The translations under genes were made by a program, and so were the position numbers. A DNA stretch of 64,000 nt from Rhizophagus irregularis. Taxonomy: Eukaryota. The notes beneath the pieces were generated by a model that was given only the letters and a program-made list of their open reading frames with translations, did no database searches and was not told the origin of the DNA. Positions 52,601 to 63,775 of this stretch are shown one piece after another; the stretch's first letter is position 1; every line of letters starts with the position of its first letter. The stretch spans positions 4,340,001-4,404,000 of the forward strand of contig NC_089433.1 in NCBI RefSeq assembly GCF_026210795.1, given 5' to 3'.

Positions 52601-52710
52601 GCTAAATGACGCTCTAAATCTAGATGTCTTTTTCTGGTTCTTTCATCAACATATTTGCCATTGCATTCCTTGCAATCACATGATACTTTATATCTAAGTT
52701 TTGTAGACAT
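49657..52710 (-). pseudogene. CACTA/EnSpm Tnp2 (Transposase_21-type) transposase, frameshifted in a poly-A run at ~51545
   Basis: N-terminal CxCxxC; YAVCPSC; LDWFQPF; GAIYGVICNLPR; LGLLPGP; NDIPAARK; DPMHCLFLG; TPNLH; YGPLYSFWCFSFERMNG. One intron at ~50515-50580. Confidence 0.93.
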
Positions 52711-53999
52711 GATTATGTTTTAGTAAGATCGAAGCGTTCAATGAAAAATTTGAGAATTTCTACGTATGTATCTTATAGCCTATTTATGAATGTCAAAATC
52801 GACGAATAAAGAGCTTTTAATATGTACAATTTCATATATTAGTCCAGTCTGAATAGACTATTATTGCTTAATGGCATGTGAAGATAGGAAATTGTACGGG
52901 ATATTAATGAAAAATTAATATTAATCGGGTTTTACTATAGCGAAACCAGAAAATTATCACGCGGTCCGTCCGTTTTGGTAATTCGCTCAAATGATTTAGT
53001 TGCAAAAATATCGGACTTGACCCTTCTGGTGACATCATCTTGACCCTTATTAAAATATATTATGCGGGTCAGCACCGCGTGGTGGGTTAAGAACGATACT
53101 GACATTCGCGAATTAATTATATTGCAGAGCGAAACGTTGTTCTTTTTTACCATATTATAAGTCTTTTTTTTTTGGTCTAAAATTTTCAGTTCTTTCAGTC
53201 CTTTATAGTAAGTAAAGTTATAAAATCTTGTCGTTGGATTTCTGCAACGACTGAAGTTAAAAGCCCGAAGGCTTCCGAGCCCTCTACCAACAAGGCTTCC
53301 TAATAGATAAAGAACCGGACCTTTTTTATTCCAGAGAACCTCGGAGGCTAACCGATACATAACTTTCTCTTTTTTTTTCAACATAACTTTCAATAGAGTT
53401 TACAAAATGGGAAACAAAAAGCTTCGTAAGGAAGAGTAAGTAACCCTTCGTGTCAGTTAACTTATCAAAAATTGAGATATATTTATAAATTTATACAAAA
53501 AGCAGCCCGGAATCAGAAATCTTATACGAATCTAGTTCAGAATCAGAATCAAAATCGGAATCGGAACTAGGTACATTTAGTATGTCGTATAATTCTGCTT
53601 ATTGTGTTCTAAACATTCTGATTCACTGCTTAATGGTCAATATACAATTGATAGAATTAAACCCGGAAGGCACTCAAATTCTTGATTCTGATTCTAGGCC
53701 AAGAGATGACAAGAAAAGAAAAAGGTCAAAAGAACGACGATACCAACATGTATCTGAAATGCCCAAAGATTTGAGAGAAGCATTAAGGGTAAACAAAACT
53801 TTCGCTGTATTTTTTATTTTTTATAAATTTACTGATAATAATATATTTTTAGAGAGATCTATTCTGGAATCAGGCAAGAATGCCTCAGGAAACTCAATTA
53901 GATATCGAAAAAACATTCGAGCTTCAAAAGGATCTTGTAGTTAAAATGATTGTGCCAAATTTAATGAAAACATTGGATCTTGACACCTACACCATAGGG

Positions 54000-56900
54000 C
54001 AGTGATGTGCATTGGAAGCTTCCAATGAAATTTATTGGAATTGGAAGTTCCATTGGAAAAAATTGGAAGAATTGGAAAGATGCCGATCTTCCAATGTTTC
54101 ATGTGCATTGGAAGCTTCCAATCAAAATTCTTGGAAATTGGACATAGTAATTGGAAGCTTCCAATGGAAGCTTCCAATACAAAATTAGTAATTTTATTGT
54201 CACGAATGACGTAAATGACACGTATATTAATTATCAAAATTACAATACGTTTTTATGTGATCGTTTCATTCTTTTTTTAATAATGAAAAGACCCAGAACC
54301 CACCGTCTTACTAAATATATAAAGGTTCTTGGAAAACAAAATTCATGTAATACCTACGCGGCATGTATTGCTTGTTTTGAAAGGTTGGAAAGTAGTGAAC
54401 TTTCAAGAAATACTTTTACAAATAAAAAACCGCAAGTTAAAAATTACTTGAAAAATTGTCCATATTTTCGAGAAAAAATTGGAAATCAAGAAGAACTAGA
54501 TGATATTATTAATTTGACAGATAATGAGATAGAAGAAGAAATATGTCAAAAACGTAAAAAAGTGGATAATGAATTTGGTAAGAATGATGAAAAAGTCTTA
54601 AAGTATTTAAAATCTTTGCAGTATAATTTCAAAATTCCAAAATTTAAATCAATAGAAGAAACAGGTTCGGTAAAGTCATTTGGGTCATTTGCTTCAACAA
54701 CATCTGCACGCAACTTTAATTCAAAAAATACAATTAAAAATAATCTCATTCGCACTCCTACTAAAAGTGAAATACCAAAATTTGAACGTTTTTTATTAAG
54801 AATGTCAGTAGCGAATGGTTTTGCATTTCAGTGGATTGATCACCCTGCAACCTTGGAACTCTTTGAATTTTTAAATCCACATCTCATATTACCAAATAGA
54901 AAAGCTCTATCTAATCGTATATTAACGAAAGAAACTGAAAACTTGAATACATTGAGAAATGATAAATTAATTAATGATAAAGTTGGGGTTGTATTAGCAT
55001 TTGATGGTTGGAAGAACATTTTAAATCAGCATATATTCGGATCATTATTTATATCATCTTCAGGTGAAATTTTAATATGGGAAGCTTTGGACATTAGCAG
55101 TGAACGTGAACGGTTAATTGAAGTAATACCAAAAATAACTGGATTAATTCAAGAAACTAAAAGATTAGGTATTAAACTTAATGCAATAGTGTCAGATAGT
55201 GCACCGGCTTATGCTGCAGCACGGTAAATAAATAAAATTATTAAAATGGATGCATGATTAATTTCAAACTATTACTTATTTAATAATTTATCATAGGCGA
55301 CGTCTTCGATTAGAATATGCAGAAATTGTCTTTCTTCCTTGTTTTGCACACCAATGTCAACTAGCAATCGGAGATATTTTTAAAGAATCATCAATTTTGA
55401 AAACTGCATCAAGTAAAGCAATTAAAATTGCTTCTTACTTTAAAAATGCAAATAATAGTTATTTCATTAGTAAATTGCGAGATATACAAAATGAATTGTA
55501 TGAGAAATATTATTCAATTGTAATTCCTGGTGAAACAAGATGGAACAGTCATTATTTCTGCTTTAAAAGTCTCATTCGATCTAAACAAGCTCTACGAGTA
55601 ATTTTTTTTTTTATTTATTTTTTATAATAATAATACGACAATTAAAAAAGTTTTTTTATTATTTTTAGAATTTGGCAATTCGTTACGAACGTCCACAAAT
55701 TGGTTCAGGAGATGAACTTTACTTGAATTCAGAACTTTGCCAAATACTTCTTGATAATGATTGGTGGGAAAAAATTGAGCTTTTGCAAGACATTTTATTA
55801 CCTTATTGTGGTGTTTTAAATAAGCTGCAATGTGATAAAGCGCGTCTTTATGAAGTGCTTCATGCTCTTGGATATTTTATGCAATTCTGGAAGCAATTTC
55901 CCGATACAGATTTGGGCAATCAAATGATCGATCGATTAGAAAAACGTTGGAGTCAATGGGAGCAGCCATTATTCTTACTTTCTTTTGCTCTCCATCCAAA
56001 ATATCGTTTTGCATATTTCAATTCTGACCTTAATAATTTATCATTTACTTCCTTAGGACGATATTTGACATATTATTATAAAGCATGGTTTAAAAAACGC
56101 CCATTACGATTATTATTGGAATTTGAAGATTTTCGTCAGAAAGTTGAACCATTTAATAATGAGACTTTTGAACAATTTGGAGATGATGCTTTTAAATTTT
56201 GGGGATACGTAGAAGGTGATTATAAAGAATTGGCTGCAGTTGCTTTAAAAATTTTTGGTATGTGTGTGAATGCTGCATCTGTTGAACGAATGTGGTCTTC
56301 CATGGGTTTTTTACATACAGTTCGTTGTAACTGATTAAAAGTAAGTTGTTTAAAGCTAGAACTTCATTATTTAGTTAATATATATATACCAATTTTGATA
56401 ACGAATTAATTAATTTAATTATTAAACAATGGTTTATTTATTAATTTATTTTATGGCGAGTTTTTTTATTAGATCCTTTAGTATTTGTTTGATGTTGGGT
56501 TTCTTATTTATTTAATTATCATTTCTTTTATTAATTAAAATATTAAAATTTTTTTTTTTTTAATAGAATGAAAAAATATTAGCAATGAGTCAACTTCGGG
56601 CATCTATTAATTTTTCGTTAAGAGAAAAGGAATTACAACAAAGTCAAATCCAATTTTTGGATTCAAATGCTCTTCCAATGGAAACTGATTCTGAAGTTTT
56701 TACGCCAAATTCAAATATTGAAGAGGACGAAGATATTGAAGATAACACTATTGTTACTCCTGAACATTGGGAACAAGAATTGAGAGAGTGGGAAGAGATG
56801 TTAATAGAAGAAGAGGTAGCACGATTGGAAGAGGAAGAGGAATTAAGGAGTAATTCAAATAATAATATGGAAGGTGATCTCTTAAGCGAATATATACATC

Positions 56901-57285
56901 CAGCAATAGACGAAAAAGCAAAATGGGAGCTTAAAAGTTTATTTAGTTCATCTCTTAATGCTCCTAATTACTTAAATATAGGATCAAATGAATAAAACAT
57001 AATAAAACTTTTTTTCGTTTAATGCCTTTAAAAATTTTCATTTTTATTTATTTATTTTGTCAAAGTGGGAAACAAATAAGAAGATGCTAGGTTGTGATCA
57101 AGGGACTGAAAATAGCCTTTAAAAATTTTTGTATTGGTATCTGATTTAATTTTATTGGATAAAATATGTTCGTGTAATAAAGTGCTTCCAAACTTCCAAT
57201 AAAAATTCATTGGAATTGGAAGTATGATTGGAATTGGAAGATTTGGAAGTCCAAATATGCTTCCAACTTCCAATGCCCATCACTG
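54000..57285. mobile_element. hAT transposon nested in the CACTA element
   Basis: TIR CAGTGATG(T/G)GCATTGGAAG. 8-bp TSD CCATAGGG. TTGGAA/TTCCAA subterminal repeats. Confidence 0.95.
54283..56995 (+). pseudogene. Multi-exon hAT transposase with one visible premature stop (56332)
   Basis: LAFDGWKN; IVSDSAPAYAAAR; PCFAHQCQL; GETRWNS; LHPKY; NAASVERMWSSMG; RCN*LK, where RRNRL is expected. Confidence 0.92.
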
Positions 57286-58849
57286 CCATAGGGGAAGGTG
57301 TCATATACGAGATGATCTATCAGCGGCACCGCCACAAAAGGGACAATCTTCGGGTCAAAAATAAATCAGAAAATGATATAAAGAAAGAAACAGGACGGAA
57401 ACACCAAAATTCACGATGATCGGAGGTAAATATAAATGTTATATTTTACTAATCATCCTAATCATCATTATTTATTTACGAGTTTTTTATAAAATAGAAA
57501 AGAAAAAAAAGATCAAAGACGATCAACAATTTAAAAAAAATTAATGATCCGTTGATTGAAAAGTTCAGTAACGAAGAATTGCGGCCAATAATCACAGAAA
57601 ACGGCTATCATAGCCCGGAAATTTCAGAAAGCGAGGACGAGCGAAACATAATCGTCATGCGTAACCTGCGATGGCGTTCCAGTACTGTAAGTGAATTTAT
57701 TGAAATGGGTTACATATAACTGGCATATGCTAATTCATTTTAAAACAAAGCTGCGCAGATTTTTGTACTATGTTGACAGTAATACAACAAAAGGCGACAA
57801 AAAGCGTGAACGGGTGTACAAGCCTAGTGAGTACGTTGAAGAAACGGCGCCGAATAGCGCGCCTAGTTGGACGAAATCAGGCTACGATGGGCCATTAAAA
57901 AATCCAGTTGCCAAGGCGATTAGTAAATTACAAAATAAATGAAATATGTCAGTAAATTTAATAAATATAAATAAATATATCAGTAAATTTAATAAATATC
58001 AGTAAATTTAATAAATATATCAGTAAATATAATGCTTGAGTCAAACAGATTGAAAAGAAATTAAAGACTGAGACAACCTTTTTGGTTCAATTTTCACAAT
58101 ACCTAATTTTTTTATTTTATTTCATCAACTGACAATCATACCGATATACCGATATATCAAGCTAATTTAGCTGCGGATTACCAGCCAGATTATTTTTGAC
58201 ATTAATTTAGAAATTGACATATATACGCAAAGTTGCTAAATTTTGTAAATTTCACGAGTCGGGCTAACTAATAAATCGGTATCCGTATTTGCAAATATAT
58301 TGTTATAATACGCAAATAGTCCAATTTGATTAGTGATCTGGATCATCGAAATTTAATCTGATTGGCCAGATCTCTGTTTGATTACGATAAATATGGAAAT
58401 AAGCACATTTTGTTTACAACAACCTTTTTACCTATTTGCGAATTTTTCTTCTTTTTGCCGTTTGCCTATTTGCGAATTTTTCTTCTTTTGCCGTTTTGCC
58501 TATTTGCGAATTTTTCTTATACCATCTTACGAATGCGTTGCCTATTTTTTGTTTATTTTTGCTTATTATATCACCGTTTACTTTCTACACCCATAATATA
58601 TGGTGTGAAATTATTGGACTCGTTCACTGACAATGGTTGACATACTGGTATGTCAGTTACTCAGCTGTACGAGTTTATAACAAATTAATAATAATAAGCA
58701 CTTTCACATTCAACAATCGTGAACGGGAATATTCCAATTTTATTCTGGAGACAGATACGGAAACTGTTATTTATCGCTAACCTTCACTATTTCCTTTTTG
58801 TAAAACAGGTTTCATTGAGTTGTGTTTCAAATATCCTCCTGTTTTTATA

Positions 58850-60950
58850 GGTGCGAGAACATGCCGATTTTTTGATGAATTTAATACTTCTTTGCTCCTC
58901 ACACTCAATCAAAGTGAAATATAGAACGACAATGCATATTTCTTTCGATTTTCATTTTACTGAGTGTAACTTTAAAAATGGTAAGCGAATATTTATACTG
59001 ATCTTCACTTCTAACGAAATAAACTTTATTCGTTTTCAGCGATCAGAAATGAAATGTATATATACCGATTTTGATAAACTTCATTTAGAGGCAAGCCTGA
59101 CTGATGGGTCTAATGGTATTATGGTAAGTAATAATAGGTATACTTTTTTTTGATATAACATTCTAGTTATGTATTTTTTTTCATGCATATTTTTACATAT
59201 AGTACGCTGTGGTCTGGAACCACCCGAGATTTTTGACTACCTAGGGATGAAGTTGTAAGGTGCTTGTACCTGATAGGCTAGCCTCCTCTGATCTAGGGTC
59301 TCATTAATCGGGAGACGAGGTGGTTCCTAAGTACCTTCCACATCAAGGGCGGACATTTTTTGTAAAATCACACGTTGGGAATACTATCTCGTAACGGATA
59401 CTTCAAAGACAAAAGGAGCGAAAAGCCTTCAGTTTGTTGTTAGCGGTGAAGATGTAGTGGTCGTGCCATTTAATGGTTGCGTTGATTGATTGATATACTC
59501 ATATTTTGTAGGATTAGCTAATACATGAGATTTCTCGAAAATCGGAAATGAACACTGCCGATTTTCACCCTACCGACATATATTTTTAAATTCATTTTCT
59601 GCAATCAGAAACGAAGTGTATCTACCGGTGTTGAAAAACTTTAAAGGTGAGTTCATTCCTAGCACAATTCGTTTAGATAATTAACGTGACGGTATCTTTA
59701 AATTGTTCCTACTTTCAGCAATCGGCAAACTCATCTCTGATATCAGTAACTATGACCAGTTTTATGGTGGGCTAATGGAGTAAAATAGGTATGCTTTTTT
59801 TTGATATATAACATAGTTATGTGTATTTTTTCATGTATATCAAAAGGAGCGAAAAGCCTTCAGTTTGCTAGCGGTGAAGATGTAATAATGATCGTGCCAT
59901 TTAATGGTTGCGTTGATTGATTGATTAACGTATGCCTTACTCATATTTTGTAGGATTAGCTAATACATGAGATTTCTCGAAAATCGGAAATGAACACTGC
60001 CGATTTTCACCCTACCGACATATATTTTTAAATTCATTTTCTTCAATCAGAAGCGAAGTGTAACTACCGGTTTTGACAAACTTTAAAGGTGAGTTCATTC
60101 CTAGCACAATTCGTTTAGATAATTAACGTGACGGTATCTTTAAATTGCTCCTACTTTCAGCAATCGGCAAACTCGATTTCTGATATCAGTAACTATGACC
60201 AGTTTTATGGTGGGCTAATGGTACAAATAGGTATGCTTTTTTTTTTTGATATATAACATAGTTATGTGTATTTTTTCATGTATATCAAAGGGAGCGAAAA
60301 GTCTACAGTTTGTTAGCGGTGAAGATGTAGTGGTCGTGCCATTTGATGGTTGCGTTGATTGATTGATTAACGTACACCTTACTACTCATATTTTGTAAGA
60401 TTAGCTAATACGCGAGATTTCTTGAAAAATCAAAAACACTGCCGATTCTCACCCTACCGACATATTTTCTGCGATCAATAGCGAATTGTGTATTTACCGA
60501 TTTTGACGAACTTTATTAAAGGTGAGTTCATTCTTAGCACAATTCGTTTGAGATATTTAACGTGTCAATAATTAACGTTTCGGTCAGATCTAAATTGCTT
60601 CTACTTTCAGCAATTGGATAACTCGATTTCTGACGAAATGTAGAAGTACTGTGCCGAGGAGCGAAAATTAATTATTGCATTTGTCAGCGGTTCTTTATTA
60701 AATAGTTGCTCATGTTGATTGATCGATTAATGTACGCCCTTATTCATATTCTAATTCGCAAGATTTCTCAAAAAATCAGAAATGAACCGTATTTTATTTC
60801 ATTTTTAGAAACGAATTTGTATATCTATCGATTTTGACGAATTTCATTCATTCGATGATTAACATGATGGTCCTTAAGCTGTTCCTACTTTCAGTAATCG
60901 GAAAACTCGATTTCTGACGGACATTCGTTAGGAGTTTGGTAAGCAAGATT
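58850..60950 (+). repeat. ~370-445-bp tandem repeat (4-5 copies) rich in splice-site-like motifs, inside the CACTA
   Basis: ggagcgaaaa at ~59415, 59845, 60291 and 60657. Units contain AAAG|GTGAGT…CTACTTTCAG, AG|GTATG and TTTTGTAG. Confidence 0.75.
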
Positions 60951-61755
60951 TCATCACCATTTATTTCTAATAACTTGTTTGTTCGTTTAATGTATAACAT
61001 TTATTAATTCTTTATTTTTAAATTCGTTCCTGTTAGCAATCAGAACAATCAGAAACAAAAACGTACCGATTTTCGCTTAATCATATTACTTTTATTATGA
61101 TTGTATACATTGATATAAGTTCCCATTTGAAATAAATTATATTTACAACTATGATTGTACAATCAAATTTTTGAATATATTGTAAATTGTAATTAATAAA
61201 GCGCATGTAGGCTGGAATTAAAACCATTGTTTTTAATAATTTGTAATTAATAATGCGTAAATAAATATATAATAAATAAAATAGGTGCATCATAAACATT
61301 TTATAAAACCGATTTTACCAATCGGCTATTACAAATCAGCTATTAATCAGTCATCAATACATTATCAATCGGTCATTAATACGCTACCAATCGGTCATTA
61401 ATCAGATACTGCCCGATTGCTGTCGGATTAAGCAAATCCAATAAGTCATCAATCAGTTATCAATTGACCATTAATTGACCATCGTTCGGCCATCAATTGA
61501 CTCTCAATTTGTTACCAATCGGGCAGCCCGGATGATAGCCAGTTGTTGTCAGATTTTGGCGGAAATCAACTATCAATCGGGCAGCCCGATTGGTATCAAA
61601 TTGAGAAAATCAGTCACCAACCAGGCATCAATCGGATACCCGATTGATGCCTGGTTGGTGACTGATTTGGCATCTTTCGACCTGTGTAAGAAGCCAGGAA
61701 TGTGATTGCTCGATTTTACAAATAGAGGGTTTCTAGTTCCCAGTGAAACCATTTT

Positions 61756-62547
61756 TTACCTCTCACAATCTGGAATAGGTACATCACAAATAAAATCCCC
61801 AAAATCATTCGGATTAGAAAACAACTTCTGTAAGAACTTATAAATCATATCAGCAGCCAATTCAGTCTTAGTGCCAAATATATTAACCTTACCAGATTTA
61901 GGCCAGATATGTACCCGAATTTTTGATGTGAAGACTATAACAATTTTAGAATGAATATCACCCGCATCATTCTTAATATACTTTATTGGAAAGGGAAGAA
62001 TCTCATGAATACCATCTACAGATTCTAAAGCATATGCTAAGGTAGAAAGATGAATAAACTTATTACTCCCAATATTAATCACAAATTTGTAATTACACAG
62101 GAGAGCCTTATTTCCACCCACAAGTTCTACAGAAGAAAACTCAGGTAGGGAACATTCAGAAAGGTAACGTAAGAAGATAGTAACAGGATCAAAAGACCCG
62201 AAAACTTGTATACTACCAGATCTAGGAAAATAACGAATGGTATGTACAGAATCAGCTAAAATGATAACAAACTCAATGCAAGCATTAAAAGTGCTACCAT
62301 CCCCTGTACGTCGCCGTCTATTTAATGGATTGTCAGGTGTACTTTGTCTGCATCACCTCTCACCTTTTGGTTTAGACAAGTACTGTTCATAACCCTCAAA
62401 AGCTTTATGAATAAAGTTGCTATTAATGGCAATAACATCCTTAGTAGGTTCAAGCTTATGACCAAGCATGGTGTAATCAAGCCTTTCAACATTGATCTTA
62501 AATTCAGTAACAGTAAGAGATAGAGTAAGTTCACTAAAAGTAAGCAT
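61756..62547 (-). pseudogene. Intronless TBP-fold gene resembling asfarvirus B263R-type viral TATA-binding-like protein; 263 codons with one in-frame TGA (62353-62355)
   Basis: Reading through the stop gives …RRRRTGDGSTFNACIEF…IRYFPRSGSIQVFG…LCNYKF…IRVHIWPKSGKVNIFGTKTELAADMIYKFL. This is a two-fold repeat of the TBP-type (hydrophobic)F/W-x-x-SG-x-(I/V)-x-(V/I)-x-G motif, and is far from fungal TBP. Confidence 0.65.
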
Positions 62548-62651
62548 GTCTGGTTTTTTCTATTGATAGAAAAGAAATGTTCAAATTATTTTATCCTAAG
62601 AAAAAATCTAATTAAATAAAACTTCTTCATCAATATCTCATATGAGATACT

Positions 62652-63164
62652 ATGACAAACAATAGCTTACCTTTCGAACTTTTAGAAAAGATATTCAAAA
62701 CTTCATATGAAGGTACTTACTCCCGTTGGTATTGTCTTTGCAATTATGCATTAGTGTGTCGAAAATGGGCTGTAGTAGCAAACTCTCTCCTATGGGGTGA
62801 AACAGACCTTTATAACCACTATAATATTAAGGAGTTCCAAATGTACAAACATCTCACAAAACCAGGGACAGTATGTGGAAAATATATCAGAAAACTTAAT
62901 ATGGATGAGGTAAAATTATGGCCCATTTGTATTGTAAAAATGCTACAAGCTTGTCCCAATATCCAGGAACTTAGCATAATAGATTATCAATACTATGGTG
63001 GAAAAGGTGACGTTAGAGATTTGCTAAGTGAAATTCTGCATATATTACCAAACCTTTGAATGATAGATATCAGATATAGTCGATATTTTAAAAATAGAAA
63101 TGCCATTGAAAAACTTATAGAAACCCGTAAAGACCTAGAAATCAGAATAACATGGCAAATGTAA
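62652..63164 (+). pseudogene. Intronless F-box/LRR-like protein with a premature TGA at 63057
   Basis: SLPFELLEKIF…ALVCRKW..VANSLLW (F-box); YIRKLNM, CPNIQELSI and LPNL*MIDI (LRR-like). Confidence 0.8.
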
Positions 63165-63180
63165 TATTTGTAAAAGCTAA

Positions 63181-63325
63181 TCACTGCCAAAAAATTTGGG
63201 CACAGCCCTGTTACTGCCCGTCACTGCCGAAAAAATTTGGGCACTGCCCTGTTACTGCCCGTCACTGCCGAAAAAATTTGAGCACTGCCCTGTCACTGCC
63301 CGCCACTGCCCATCATTGCCGCAGA
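63181..63325. repeat. ~41-bp tandem repeat (CACTGCC core)
   Basis: cactgccgaaaaaatttgggcactgccctgttactgcccgt, ~3.5 copies. Confidence 0.85.
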
Positions 63326-63329
63326 AGTT

Positions 63330-63775
63330 TGGGAAACACATGGATTTTTTCTAGCAAGATGACGCTTTAATTTAGAGGGAAAGTCAAAACTTGCTCCACA
63401 TAGATGACAGGTTAATCTTTCTCGAGAGTGTGAATTTTTTTTAAGTCGATAGTATCCATCTGCAAGGAAGTCACGTTAGTTTTCCGTTTATGTAGAGAAA
63501 TTGGAATGGTAATTTTTTTACGTAATGATAGAGGGATGGTCAGTTGCCGATTTTGGAAATCTAGAATGACATTAGCACGATCAATCCAAGGTACACCTAG
63601 CAATAAAAAGTCCTTATCACTCTTAACAACCATGAAGTCATCTTCGATTTTTTTAGAGTTCTCCCCATCATACACAAGAATACCAAGACCATATACTGTC
63701 CCAATAGTATCAGATTTTGTCGCAACACTACTAAGGTCAGGAGCATTACTTCTATCGACATCAAGATTTAGGCGA
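63330..63775 (-). pseudogene. C-terminal half of a retropepsin-like aspartic protease, followed in the -1 frame by a CxxC..H..C zinc finger; 5' part cut by an LTR
   Basis: DDFMVVKSDKDFLLLGVPWIDRANVILDF (retropepsin C-terminus). -1 frame: KKNSHSRERLTCHLCGASFDFPSKLKRHLARKNPC. Confidence 0.7.

Larger units (their letters stand above)
53407..57942 (+). pseudogene. CACTA accessory gene B, paralogue of 45800-47828, interrupted by a hAT
   Basis: MPKDLREALR | RDLFW…DIEKTF..Q [hAT] …RHRHKR | KRKKR…GYHSPEISESED..IIVMRNLRWRSST | LRRFL…SWTKSGY. Same intron positions as gene A. Start approximate. Confidence 0.7.
44563..61686. mobile_element. CACTA/CMC (EnSpm-like) DNA transposon, 17.1 kb
   Basis: Termini CACAGGTCGAAA and TTTCGACCTGTG. 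3-bp TSD TAA. (A/C)CAATCGG/CCGATTG subterminal repeats at both ends. Encodes a Tnp2-type transposase. Confidence 0.95.
43938..61736 (+). pseudogene. Intronless acidic 223-aa ORF with C-terminal CxxC..CxC, split by the CACTA insertion (43938-44562 + 61690-61736)
   Basis: Removing 44563-61686 and one TAA gives …LCDECLMPI-RSQECDCSILQIEGF*. Confidence 0.7.

Noticed and set aside
52935..53393. 152-aa minus-strand ORF upstream of the CACTA transposase
   Set aside because: No ATG-anchored domain; it lies in the divergent promoter region and is probably spurious.
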